Origin: Candidatus Staskawiczbacteria bacterium
GTDB lineage: Bacteria > Patescibacteriota > Minisyncoccia > Minisyncoccales > Staskawiczbacteraceae
Length of the DNA stretch: 64,000 nt
Assembly: GCA_903928565.1 (NCBI GenBank)
Contig: CAIYRH010000010.1
Coordinates: 41,614 to 105,613, forward strand
Direction of reading: 5' to 3'
Positions 17,637 to 26,254 of this stretch are shown piece by piece. Both the position numbers and the translations under genes were made by a program. How positions within the stretch are numbered: position 1 is the stretch's first letter; every line of letters begins with the position of its first letter. The notes beneath the pieces are model-generated. The model saw only the letters and a program-made list of their open reading frames with translations, made no database searches and was not told the DNA's origin.

Positions 17637-17780
17637 ATGTTTTTAGAAATTGGAATTGTTTTACTAATATTATGGATGCTGGGTTTTGCCTTTTATCCTC
17701 TTGGCGGGCTTATACATATTTTGCTAGTTGTGGCCCTTATTGCCATTGTTTGGCATTTTGTAACAGGAAAGCAGATATAG
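17637..17780 (+). CDS. lmo0937-family small membrane protein (47 aa)
   Basis: MFLEIGIVLLILWMLGFAFYPLGGLIHILLVVALIAIVWHFVTGKQI matches the lmo0937-type two-helix mini-protein pattern. It falls below the ORF-track length cutoff. Confidence 0.65.
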   Translation: MFLEIGIVLLILWMLGFAFYPLGGLIHILLVVALIAIVWHFVTGKQI

Positions 17781-17787
17781 TAACACC

Positions 17788-17816
17788 GGCCACCTTTTAA
17801 TTAGGGTGGCTTTTTG
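17788..17816 (+). terminator. terminator (GCCACC-loop-GGTGGC-T5)
   Basis: 6-bp stem GCCACC/GGTGGC, loop TTTTAATTAG, then TTTTT. Confidence 0.7.
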
Positions 17817-17853
17817 GTAAGGTAAGGTAAAGTAAATTAATTATTCAAATTTT

Positions 17854-18264
17854 ATGGATTATTTAAAACATAAAACTTCGCGATATTGGCTTCACATATT
17901 TTCAATGCCTTTTATTTGGTTGCCTTTGCCATTTCTAATGGCGTGCGACTTAGTTTGTGCATTTTATCAACTGATTTGCTTTCCTATTTATAGAATAAAA
18001 TGGGTAAAAAGATCGGAATATATTTTAATTTTTGACCGCAATAAATTGCCTTATTTAGACGGAATGCAAAAACTTGGTTGCATGTATTGCGGATATGCAA
18101 ACGGAATTTTGCGATATATGAAAGAAGTTGCTGGCAGAACTGAAAAATATTGGTGTGGAATTATGCACGAAGGTAAAACAGGGTTTAAAACTCAAGAAGA
18201 CCAAGTAAGCCAAAATTTTGCACACTTTGAAGATGAAAAAGATTTTAAAAATAAATACAAATAA
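17854..18264 (+). CDS. hypothetical membrane protein with a CxxC pair
   Basis: 136-aa ORF with an N-terminal hydrophobic hairpin and CMYCGYANG. No family recognised. Confidence 0.55.
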   Translation: MDYLKHKTSRYWLHIFSMPFIWLPLPFLMACDLVCAFYQLICFPIYRIKWVKRSEYILIFDRNKLPYLDGMQKLGCMYCGYANGILRYMKEVAGRTEKYWCGIMHEGKTGFKTQEDQVSQNFAHFEDEKDFKNKYK

Positions 18265-18267
18265 ATT

Positions 18268-18480
18268 ATGAAATTATGGAATTGGTTTCTATATATAACT
18301 AATAATGAAGAAACTTCCAGACACGAGCAACAATTTGACGTTGCATTCTTTATTATTAATTCAGTGGCGTTAGTTGTTGGCATTTATATGTTTATTGCAT
18401 ATAACGCGCCAGAGTGGATTCCGGTTTTGATTATTGAATATACCTGGGCGTTTGATAATCTTCGTAACAACAGGAATTGA
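18268..18480 (+). CDS. small membrane protein, paralog 1 (MKLWNW family)
   Basis: 70 aa. Very similar along its whole length to the ORF at 20389-20604. Confidence 0.65.
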   Translation: MKLWNWFLYITNNEETSRHEQQFDVAFFIINSVALVVGIYMFIAYNAPEWIPVLIIEYTWAFDNLRNNRN

Positions 18481-18499
18481 ACATGTTTAACGTGGTAAG

Positions 18500-18525
18500 A
18501 ACCATCTTGCTAAGGTGGTTTTTTA
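18500..18525 (+). terminator. terminator
   Basis: 8-bp stem ACCATCTT/AAGGTGGT (one G-U pair), 3-nt loop, T-run. Confidence 0.65.
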
Positions 18526-18579
18526 TTTAACGCAAATTTAATAACATAATATTAAAATGGAAACTAGAAATATGGGGTA

Positions 18580-18608
18580 TTGACGATTTAACATGGCGGG
18601 AGTATTAT
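18580..18608 (+). promoter_or_regulatory. sigma70-type promoter of the MATE gene
   Basis: TTGACG (18580-18585), 17 nt spacer, TATTAT (18603-18608). Confidence 0.65.
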
Positions 18609-18616
18609 TTAAATAG

Positions 18617-18631
18617 TAATGATTATCATTA
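18617..18631. promoter_or_regulatory. Fur-family-box-like 7-1-7 palindrome
   Basis: TAATGAT-T-ATCATTA is a perfect palindrome. The surrounding 19-mer matches GATAATGATAATCATTATC at 15 of 19 positions. It lies between the -10 element and the MATE start codon. Confidence 0.45.
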
Positions 18632-18644
18632 ACTTTGTATAAAT

Positions 18645-19985
18645 ATGGATTCTGGAAATTTAAAGTTAACTTCTGCCCCAATAAAAGAACTTATTCAAAC
18701 CATGGCGGTGCCCGCCATTATTGGTTTCTTTTTTAATACGCTATTTAATGTAGTTGATACAATTTATTCAGGGTTAATTTCAACACAGGCCATAGCAGCC
18801 CTGTCTTTGTCTTTTCCTATCTTTTTCATTTTAATTTCCATTGGCACGGGCTTGTCGACGGGAGCCACTGCAATAATTTCTAATCATTTAGGCAGAGAAG
18901 ACCACACAGAGGGCAAAATTTATGCTTTGCAAACCATATCATTTGGAATTTTAATTTCTATTCCGCTCACAATTATTGGTTTGGCAGTTTCGCCATATTT
19001 GTTTACGTTGCTGGGGGCAACTGGCGAATATTTGGCTTTATCTTTGGCATTTATGAATATGATTTTTTACGGAACCGTATTTTTTATTATGGTTTACGTT
19101 TTTAATGCCATATTAAACGCCATTGGCGACACTAAAACATTCAGAAATTTTTTAGTTTCTGGTTTGTTTGTTAATATTATCTTAGACCCCTTGTTTATGT
19201 TTGGTTGGCTAGGGTTGCCCAAAATGGGAGTTGCGGGAGTTGCTTTAGCAACCGTTCTGGTGCAGGCAGGAGGAACTGTTTATATGGGGTGGAAGGCGTC
19301 TAAGACATTTTTATTTGAACAGCCCACTTTTAAAAAATTGGTTCCACAGAAAGGGCCATTTTGGGGAATAATAAAACAAGGACTTCCTTCGGCGTTAAAC
19401 ACTGCCAGCGTTGGCGTTGGAATATTTGTAATAACTTATTTTATATCCATTTTTGGTAAAGAATCTGTTGCAGCTTATGGCATAGCAACTCGAGTTGAGC
19501 AGTTGTTTCTTTTGCCCTTGGTTGGGTTAAGTGTTGCCACCTTAACTTTGGTGGGACAGAACAACGGAGCAAGAAAGTTTGACAGGGTAAGAGAAACTCT
19601 CAAAATAACAACAAAGTATGGCGTATACCTCATGACATTTGGGGCTTTATGTATATTTTGCTTTTCGTCATATTTTATGAGAATTTTTACTGCCGATGCA
19701 AGCGTTATAAGCATTGGCTCGCATTACTTAAAATATGCCGCATTTTTAACGTGGGCTTATTTGTTTATATTTTTAAATATTTCAGCTTTACAGGGATTAA
19801 AAAAACCAATGTATGCTTTATATATTGGTTTAGCAAGACAAATAATTTTTCCGCTAGTTATGTTTGTATGGCTGTCTTCCTATTTTGGAATAGATGGAAT
19901 TTGGATTTCAGTTTTTTTTATAAATTGGACGGCTGCAATTATAACAGTATTTTATGTAAAAAAACAAATTGCCAAACTAACTTAA
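18645..19985 (+). CDS. MATE-family efflux transporter
   Basis: 446-aa, 12-TM-like protein with N-terminus PAIIGFFFNTLFNVVDTIYSG, typical of MATE/NorM. Confidence 0.88.
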   Translation: MDSGNLKLTSAPIKELIQTMAVPAIIGFFFNTLFNVVDTIYSGLISTQAIAALSLSFPIFFILISIGTGLSTGATAIISNHLGREDHTEGKIYALQTISFGILISIPLTIIGLAVSPYLFTLLGATGEYLALSLAFMNMIFYGTVFFIMVYVFNAILNAIGDTKTFRNFLVSGLFVNIILDPLFMFGWLGLPKMGVAGVALATVLVQAGGTVYMGWKASKTFLFEQPTFKKLVPQKGPFWGIIKQGLPSALNTASVGVGIFVITYFISIFGKESVAAYGIATRVEQLFLLPLVGLSVATLTLVGQNNGARKFDRVRETLKITTKYGVYLMTFGALCIFCFSSYFMRIFTADASVISIGSHYLKYAAFLTWAYLFIFLNISALQGLKKPMYALYIGLARQIIFPLVMFVWLSSYFGIDGIWISVFFINWTAAIITVFYVKKQIAKLT

Positions 19986-19989
19986 ACAC

Positions 19990-20307
19990 ATGATTAAAAA
20001 AAGTTTAGTTAAAAAATTTAAATATAATAATGGCAAATATGTAGGAAGCTCAGTAGACGCACTATATGGTAATGTTAAGGTTCAAATAATTATAAAGCAA
20101 GGGAAATTAAAAGAAATAGAAGTTATAGATTATCCCAAGGAAGATTTTTATTCTGAGGAAGTGAATGGCAGGGCACTTCCTGTCTTAAAAAAAGAAGCAA
20201 TATTAAAACAAACCAGCAATATTGATACGGTTTCAGGAGCTACAGAAACAAGTGAGGGTTTTATTAAGTCTTTAAAGTCTGCGCTTTTTAAGGCAAGCAA
20301 AATATAA
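19990..20307 (+). CDS. FMN-binding domain protein
   Basis: C-terminal IDTVSGATETSEGFIKSLKSAL (the flavinylation-type S/T-G-A-T motif). Paralogous to 35761-36225. Confidence 0.7.
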   Translation: MIKKSLVKKFKYNNGKYVGSSVDALYGNVKVQIIIKQGKLKEIEVIDYPKEDFYSEEVNGRALPVLKKEAILKQTSNIDTVSGATETSEGFIKSLKSALFKASKI

Positions 20308-20388
20308 TAAATGTCTATTTGTAATTTACCTTTTAATTAAGGTGTTTTTTTGGTAAAGTAAAATAATTATTAATTAAACTTAAAAATT

Positions 20389-20604
20389 ATGAAATTATGG
20401 AATTGGCTTATATACATAACTAATAATGAAGAAAATTCTAGGCATGAGCAACAATTTGATGTGGCGTTTTTTATTATTAACACGGTTGCGCTAGCTGTAG
20501 GTGTTTATATGTTTATTAAATATGGTGCGCCAGAATGGATTCCAGTGCTTATTATTGAATACACTTGGGCGCTTGATAATTTGCGTAATAATAGAAACTA
20601 TTAA
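20389..20604 (+). CDS. small membrane protein, paralog 2 (MKLWNW family)
   Basis: 71 aa, collinear with 18268-18480. The upstream terminator/spacer module is duplicated as well. Confidence 0.65.
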   Translation: MKLWNWLIYITNNEENSRHEQQFDVAFFIINTVALAVGVYMFIKYGAPEWIPVLIIEYTWALDNLRNNRNY

Positions 20605-20793
20605 AATAAAAAAACTGCCTATTAAAGCAGAAAGGGTGGGTGGTGGCTCAGTCACACATAGCAACTGAGCCACCCTGATTATCTTCGACCCGAGGGGGCC
20701 GAGATCGTGTGCTCCGAAGGCGGAGCAGATTTGGCCTTATGGCCGATTGTGGCGCTTCGCAAAGCGCGTATTCGGCCGGATTCGTTCTTGGCT

Positions 20794-20988
20794 CTACGCG
20801 TTGTCGAGGGGCGCCAAGCCGGCGTGAATGCCGTTCTTAGCAGCGTGGATGTTGATGCCGGCCATGCGGATGGTGGTCGTCGCGTTATTGATTGCGACGG
20901 GGGATTGGTTGGCGATTGCCAGTAGCTGTCGGCCTTCTTGACGTTGAGCATTGGCGATCACGACGTTGTTTTGGCATTTTCGGGCCAT
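20794..20988 (-). CDS. hypothetical 64-aa protein in G+C-rich island 2 (the start could instead be at 21075, giving 93 aa)
   Basis: MARKCQNNVVIANAQRQEGRQLLAIANQSPVAINNATTTIRMAGINIHAAKNGIHAGLAPLDNA. 46 of 64 codons end in G/C, with a strong C bias and an RNY-like pattern. The overlapping ORFs in other frames look like shadows. Confidence 0.5.
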   Translation of the reverse strand: MARKCQNNVVIANAQRQEGRQLLAIANQSPVAINNATTTIRMAGINIHAAKNGIHAGLAPLDNA

Positions 20989-20995
20989 AACGGTA

Positions 20996-21017
20996 TTGGG
21001 GTTGGGGTTGGGGTTGG
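20996..21017. repeat. (TTGGGG)3TTGG tandem repeat, which reads (CCCCAA)n on the coding minus strand
   Basis: Read directly: TTGGGGTTGGGGTTGGGGTTGG. It ends 8 nt upstream of the minus-strand ATG at 20988. Confidence 0.95.
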
Positions 21018-21152
21018 ATTGAATCCAGAATCTCCTTTTGGGAGAATTGCGGCCTACATCCGTAGCCACAACCATAAAGCTCCATTTAGAACCTTGTGGC
21101 TGTGGCTACAATAGAGATTGTTGTTAATGAACTATTGGAAAACATTATATTA

Positions 21153-21181
21153 AGTCTATAAAAAAGCAAATATTGTGTCAA
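21153..21181 (-). promoter_or_regulatory. candidate minus-strand promoter for the island-2 transcript
   Basis: On the minus strand: TTGACA (21181-21176), 17 nt spacer, TAGACT (21158-21153). Confidence 0.5.
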
Positions 21182-21221
21182 GGGGGTTGATGCATAAAAT
21201 ATTTTTTGGTAAAATAAAAAC

Positions 21222-21827
21222 ATGAAAAAAGAAATTTCAATAACATTAATTTTAATTATCGTGGTCTGCGTAATTATTAGCGGGTTTTATTTGATGAAAC
21301 CAAAACAAACGTCAACAACTAATTTAATTAATTCAACTATAAAAAATATGCAACACACAATAAAAATAAAAACAAGCATGGGTGACATAAGTTTTGTAAC
21401 TTATGATGGTGATGCTCCAAACACAGTTAAAAACTTTATAACATTGGCCGAGAAAGGGTTTTACGATGGTGTGATTTTTCACAGAGTAATTCCTGGCTTT
21501 ATGGTTCAAGGTGGCGATCCAACGGGAACCGGCACTGGTGGCCCTGGTTATAAATTTGCCGATGAATTAAACCCACAAACAGATTCTTACAAAGAAGGTT
21601 ACAAAAAAGGCGTGGTGGCTATGGCAAATGCTGGCCCAAACACCAATGGCAGCCAATTTTTTATAATGGTGGCCGATTACCCTTTGCCAAATAATTACAC
21701 AATTTTTGGAAAAGTTGTTTCGGGGCAAGATGTTGCCGATGCCATTTCTAATGTAAAAACTAACGCAAGCGATAAGCCCGTTACAGCTGTAACAATGGAA
21801 AAAGTTACAGTAGCCGAAAATAAATAA
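21222..21827 (+). CDS. membrane-anchored cyclophilin-type peptidyl-prolyl isomerase
   Basis: N-terminal TM segment, then FHRVIPGFMVQGGDPTGTGTGGPGY and GSQFFI cyclophilin motifs. Confidence 0.92.
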   Translation: MKKEISITLILIIVVCVIISGFYLMKPKQTSTTNLINSTIKNMQHTIKIKTSMGDISFVTYDGDAPNTVKNFITLAEKGFYDGVIFHRVIPGFMVQGGDPTGTGTGGPGYKFADELNPQTDSYKEGYKKGVVAMANAGPNTNGSQFFIMVADYPLPNNYTIFGKVVSGQDVADAISNVKTNASDKPVTAVTMEKVTVAENK

Positions 21828-21853
21828 AATTCGCTCGGCAATCAAATTTTAAG

Positions 21854-21876
21854 GCCGCCCTTTGGGGCGGTTTTTG
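21854..21876 (+). terminator. terminator after the PPIase gene
   Basis: Stem CCGCCC/GGGCGG followed by T5. It is preceded by the same ATTCGCTCGGC box found after pgk. Confidence 0.7.
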
Positions 21877-21969
21877 GATTGACAAGAAGTCGGTTTAGAT
21901 GTATTTTAGATATAATTGCAATAAGGGGTTGCAAGAGCAGACGGTTCTTTGAAAACGAGGGACTAACAA

Positions 21970-22110
21970 ATGAAAAGCCTAATTGAATTTTTTTCAAGTT
22001 GCACAGCAGAGCAGTTGGCAGTAGCCAGCATGGTGGGTCTTTGGGCAGTAATAATTGCGGGAGCCATTATTTTCGCCATTTACTATAATGGCGGAGTGAA
22101 AGACGAATAA
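21970..22110 (+). CDS. possible 46-aa membrane peptide
   Basis: ATG..TAA ORF MKSLIEFFSSCTAEQLAVASMVGLWAVIIAGAIIFAIYYNGGVKDE, downstream of TTGACA-17-TATTTT (21879-21907). It is below the ORF-track cutoff. Confidence 0.35.
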   Translation: MKSLIEFFSSCTAEQLAVASMVGLWAVIIAGAIIFAIYYNGGVKDE

Positions 22111-22132
22111 GAACCATAGAAAAAAACAAAAA

Positions 22133-22624
22133 ATGAAACTTCCAACTGTTAAAGACTTCCTTAGTGAAGAAGAAAGGGCCCGTGCAGTTTTTTTGAAGCC
22201 TGCAATTGGCAAAGAGCTTGCAATTGTTTATGGACTTGGACGATATTACTTTCGGGAAGCTACTGATATAGCAGTGCGGTTAATGACGCTTCAACCCGAT
22301 TCAGTGGTTCCTTTTCATATGCACCCAGGCAAGGGAGACAAGCTGAAAGACAAGCTCTATTTTTTTCTGGGAGCTAGTCAGTTTAAGGTTGTAATACAAT
22401 CAGAGAGCCAGATGACTAACCAAGTTTTTACGATGGATTCTGTGGATTCTAGGAACAAACTTGTCATTCCGGCTGGGCATCCACATTGTTTGATATATTT
22501 CCCAAGGCACCAAAGAGTGCAATGTACAGTTCTTGTGGTGGCATCTTCTCCAAATGCCGATATTATTTGGGAAGACGACGCAGAAAAGCTCGTTCTCAAC
22601 GAGCATCTTAAGTCAGCTGATTAG
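22133..22624 (+). CDS. cupin-domain protein
   Basis: FHMHPGKGDKLKDKLYFFLG and PAGHPHCL resemble the two cupin motifs. G+C content is moderately elevated. Confidence 0.55.
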   Translation: MKLPTVKDFLSEEERARAVFLKPAIGKELAIVYGLGRYYFREATDIAVRLMTLQPDSVVPFHMHPGKGDKLKDKLYFFLGASQFKVVIQSESQMTNQVFTMDSVDSRNKLVIPAGHPHCLIYFPRHQRVQCTVLVVASSPNADIIWEDDAEKLVLNEHLKSAD

Positions 22625-22695
22625 GCCATACCCCGCGGTTAATACTAAGGGGATTTTTTTTGCTACTTAAGGGAAAAAATGATATAGTAACTGAT

Positions 22696-23610
22696 ATGAA
22701 AATGAAAAAAATACCTATTGGCTCGCTACTTATAATAACCGCAGCCTTGCTTTGGGCAGTAGATGGCGTAATTCGTAGAAATTTATATACATTACCGCCA
22801 ATTACTATAATTTTCTTTGAGCATTTAATAGGTTTAATTATTCTAACGCCTTTTGTTTTTAAATACGTAATTAAGGCCAAACTTAGCGGGCGCGAATGGT
22901 GGCTGGTTATTTTAATTGCAGTATTGAGCGGACTTTTGGGCACATTGTGGTTTACAACGGCTTTGCTTAAAGTTTCTTTTATTTCTTTTTCGGTAGTATT
23001 TTTGTTGCAAAAACTTCAACCAATTTTTGCAATAACTACGGCTTCAATATTTTTAAAAGAAAAATTTGATAAACGTTACATTGTATGGGCAGTTTTGGCA
23101 ATTATTTCTGCATATTTTGTTACCTTTCCAAATGGTTATGTAAACTTAGCCACGGGGGCGGGCACAATAATAGCCGCGCTTTATGCATTGGGAGCCGCCT
23201 TTGCTTGGGGCACTTCAACAACTTTTTCAAAAATGCTTTTAGGAAAAGTGCGCGCCGAGGTAAGCACTTTTTACAGATTTCTCTTTACAGTTATAATTTC
23301 CTTGCCAATAATAATTTTCTTTGGCTACCGCGCAAGTTTATTTGCAGTGCTGCCATATCAACTTGGGTTGTTTATTCTTATAGCCGTTTCAACGGGAATG
23401 GTGGCAGTGGTAATTTATTATAAGGGGTTGGCAAGCACGCCAGTGCATATTTCAACCATTCTAGAGCTGACGTTTCCTTTTGTGGCAATTTTAATAGATA
23501 TGATTTTGTACCACAATTTTTTAACCGTTTCACAGTGGGTTTTCGCATGTTTGTTGGTATTCAGCATTTACCGCATTGCGCAACTTCGCGAACCCACAAC
23601 AATTAATTAA
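22696..23610 (+). CDS. EamA/DMT-family transporter
   Basis: 10-TM-like protein with duplicated EamA-type halves. The ATG at 22696 (MKMKKIPIG...) is preferred over the TTG at 22660. Confidence 0.8.
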   Translation: MKMKKIPIGSLLIITAALLWAVDGVIRRNLYTLPPITIIFFEHLIGLIILTPFVFKYVIKAKLSGREWWLVILIAVLSGLLGTLWFTTALLKVSFISFSVVFLLQKLQPIFAITTASIFLKEKFDKRYIVWAVLAIISAYFVTFPNGYVNLATGAGTIIAALYALGAAFAWGTSTTFSKMLLGKVRAEVSTFYRFLFTVIISLPIIIFFGYRASLFAVLPYQLGLFILIAVSTGMVAVVIYYKGLASTPVHISTILELTFPFVAILIDMILYHNFLTVSQWVFACLLVFSIYRIAQLREPTTIN

Positions 23611-23611
23611 A

Positions 23612-23947
23612 ATGGAAAACATAACTGGTAAAGTTGTAAAAGGCATACAAAAAGGAAGAACTTTGGGCTTTCCTACAGCTAACATTAAAACAAACAGCAA
23701 TATTGAAGCCGGCATATACGCCGGTTATGTTATAGCAGATAACAAAAAATATTCTGCGGCACTTTATTTCCCGGGAAACAAAATTGCAGAGGCCTACATT
23801 TTTGATTTTGAGGGCAATTTGTATGGCAAAGAAGTAAACGTTGAAATAATAAAAAAAATTAGAGATAAAAAAATATTTAAAAATGACAAAGAAGCCAAAG
23901 ACCAAATTGCAAAAGATGTAATAGAAATAAAAAAATGGACGAAGTAA
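23612..23947 (+). CDS. riboflavin kinase domain protein
   Basis: MENITGKVVKGIQKGRTLGFPTANI...YGKEVNVEIIKKIRDKKIF matches the RibF C-terminal kinase domain. The start is taken at the ATG just after the upstream stop codon. Confidence 0.82.
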   Translation: MENITGKVVKGIQKGRTLGFPTANIKTNSNIEAGIYAGYVIADNKKYSAALYFPGNKIAEAYIFDFEGNLYGKEVNVEIIKKIRDKKIFKNDKEAKDQIAKDVIEIKKWTK

Positions 23948-25386
23948 TATTAAAATTTAGCAATGTTTCTTTTGAATGGGCTACCAATAAACCAATATTA
24001 AACGAGGCCAGTTTTTCGGTGCGCCGAGGTTCAAAAATTACCCTAATGGGGCAAAATGGGGCTGGAAAAAGCACAATTTTTCAATTAATAACCGGTGAAT
24101 CAAAACCCGAGGGTGGCGCAATTAATATAAACAATAATTTAACAACCGCCACCGCAAAACAGGTAATTCCCAGAGAAGATTTAGATTTAACTGTTAAAGA
24201 ATTTTTCGAAAAGTGTTTTAGGGAAAAAGTTTATGATATTGATAAAAAAATTGATGACATTTTAGAAGTAGTTAATTTTACAACGCCTCACGATAGGCCA
24301 GTTAAAAATCTTTCGGGCGGGCAACAGGCCAGAATTCTTTTGGCAGGGGCGTTAATTCAAAACCCCGATTTGCTTTTGTTAGACGAGCCCACAAACAATT
24401 TAGATAAAGCTGGCATTGAACATTTAACAAAATTTATTCTTGAATACCCAAAAACATGTATTGTTATTTCGCACGATGCCGATTTTTTAAATACTTTTAC
24501 AGAGGGTGTTTTATATTTAGATATTTTTTCTAAAAAAATTGAACAATACACGGGTGATTATTTTACAGTGGTTGAAGAAATTAGGTTGCGCCTAGAAAGA
24601 GAGCGTATGAAAAACGCCAGATTAGAAAAAGACATTTCGCACAGAAAAGAACAGGCAAACTTTTTTGCTCAAAAAGGCGGTCATTTAAGAGATGTGTCGT
24701 CAAAAATGAGAAAGAAAATAGAAGAACTTGAAAGTGATATTGTAGACCTAAGAAGAGAAGACAAAACCATAAAAAACTTTTCTATTCCTGCCCAAAAAGA
24801 TATTGGAGGCGTAATTTTACAATTAGATTCTGTTGCTGTTTCTAAAAATCATAAATTTGTAAATAAAAAAGTTAATATAACTTTAAACAAAAAAGAAAGA
24901 CTGCTTTTAACTGGTCCAAATGGAATTGGCAAAACAACTCTTTTAGAAAAGTTGGCATCGGGGCATATGAAGGGCGAACACATTAAGGCTGGCGTGAAAA
25001 TTGGCTATTACAGGCAAGATTTTTCAACTTTAGATTTCAATGTAACCGTTTACCAAACGCTTTCAAATGCCATGGATGAAGATGGCACCGAACAAGGGTT
25101 AAGGGCTCATGCGGCCGGTTTTTTATTAGACGCGGAAATTTTAAAAGTAAAAATTGGTTCGCTTTCTGAAGGGCAAAAAGGGTTAGTTGCTTTTGCCACT
25201 ATTGCGCTAGAAAAACCGGGTTTGCTAATTTTAGACGAGCCAACCAACCATATTAATTTTAGACACATTCCTGTGATTGCAAAAGCTATAAATAATTTTG
25301 ACGGTGCAATGATTTTGGTTAGTCACGTTAAAGATTTTGTGGAAAAAATTAAAGTTGATTTTACATTAGATCTTGGATCTTTATGA
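23935..25386 (+). CDS. ABC-F family ATPase (two ABC domains, no TM domain)
   Basis: Two Walker A sites (GQNGAGKST, GPNGIGKTT) and two signature motifs (LSGGQQ, LSEGQK). Confidence 0.9.
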   Translation: MDEVILKFSNVSFEWATNKPILNEASFSVRRGSKITLMGQNGAGKSTIFQLITGESKPEGGAININNNLTTATAKQVIPREDLDLTVKEFFEKCFREKVYDIDKKIDDILEVVNFTTPHDRPVKNLSGGQQARILLAGALIQNPDLLLLDEPTNNLDKAGIEHLTKFILEYPKTCIVISHDADFLNTFTEGVLYLDIFSKKIEQYTGDYFTVVEEIRLRLERERMKNARLEKDISHRKEQANFFAQKGGHLRDVSSKMRKKIEELESDIVDLRREDKTIKNFSIPAQKDIGGVILQLDSVAVSKNHKFVNKKVNITLNKKERLLLTGPNGIGKTTLLEKLASGHMKGEHIKAGVKIGYYRQDFSTLDFNVTVYQTLSNAMDEDGTEQGLRAHAAGFLLDAEILKVKIGSLSEGQKGLVAFATIALEKPGLLILDEPTNHINFRHIPVIAKAINNFDGAMILVSHVKDFVEKIKVDFTLDLGSL

Positions 25387-26207
25387 AAAAAAATAATTTA
25401 TTGTTTTGGATAGTTATAATAATTGTAATATTGTCTGCAATTGGTTATGTGCGGTTGTATTTTTTATATGCCGAAGGTATTGTTACAACGCCCAATTTGC
25501 CGGCAGTAGCGCACGTAGTGTTGCCCGTAAAAGTTGAGAATAAAGTTTTTGGTTATTCTGTGCAGAACAAACCAATTGAAGGTTATGAAATAGGAAACGG
25601 GCAAGATGTCATTTTATTAATTGGCGCCATACACGGCAACGAAGTTGGCACCGCTGAATTGCTTAATCAACTAGTTGCAGAAATAAAACTTAATCCTAAA
25701 ATAATTCCTAATAATAAAAAAATAATAATTATACCCGTAACCAACCCCGACGGTTTTACCATTTCACAAAAATTTAATGCCAATGGAGTTAATTTAAATT
25801 TAAATTTTGATACTCCTGGCTGGAAAAATTATGGTCCACAAGGCACTTATGCTGGCACCAAACCATTTTCCGAACCCGAGAGTTTGACCATAAAACAGGT
25901 AATTGAAAAATATAAACCGCAAATGATGATTTCATTTCATTCACAAGGAGCCATTGTTAACCCTGAAGAAGATGCTCAGTCTGATGCATTGGGGGAATGG
26001 TATGCCCAAAAAACAGGCTACACTTATTCCGATTCTGCCGATCTTGGTTGGGACTTTTTTGGAACGGCAACCGGTTGGTTTGCCCAAAACTATAATAAAC
26101 CAGCTATTACAGTTGAAATTACCAGTCATACAGAAAGCGATTGGGACATAAATAAACCAGCACTAATTGAACTTGTGTCTTCAAATAATTTGACCGCAAC
26201 TCAATAA
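25383..26207 (+). CDS. M14-family zinc carboxypeptidase-like protein, membrane-anchored
   Basis: AIHGNEVGT and PVTNPDG motifs. N-terminal TM segment. Confidence 0.8.
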   Translation: MKKNNLLFWIVIIIVILSAIGYVRLYFLYAEGIVTTPNLPAVAHVVLPVKVENKVFGYSVQNKPIEGYEIGNGQDVILLIGAIHGNEVGTAELLNQLVAEIKLNPKIIPNNKKIIIIPVTNPDGFTISQKFNANGVNLNLNFDTPGWKNYGPQGTYAGTKPFSEPESLTIKQVIEKYKPQMMISFHSQGAIVNPEEDAQSDALGEWYAQKTGYTYSDSADLGWDFFGTATGWFAQNYNKPAITVEITSHTESDWDINKPALIELVSSNNLTATQ

Positions 26208-26254
26208 GTTTATATACTATAGTTGAGGCATTAAAATAATTTATAATAAAAAAT

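Noticed and set aside
20996-21017. (TTGGGG)3 interpreted as a ciliate telomere, meaning eukaryotic contamination or a linear-replicon end
   Set aside because: There are only 3.5 units and the repeat is internal to the contig. It is flanked on both sides by bacterial-type hairpins, a promoter and an ORF, and related non-tandem versions occur in the other two islands. I treat it as a leader or junction motif instead.
20679-21085. Four mutually overlapping ORFs in island 2 (20679-20951, 20707-20925, 20885-21085 and the long form of 20794-21075)
   Set aside because: Only the minus frame beginning MARKCQ shows a C-ending, RNY-like codon pattern. The others are treated as shadows of G+C-rich sequence.
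21914-21969. Possible guanidine-type riboswitch (the ACGAGGGAC string) upstream of the 46-aa ORF
   Set aside because: It shares only a short string with the ykkC-type motifs. There is no matching pseudoknot or hairpin architecture and no associated transporter gene.
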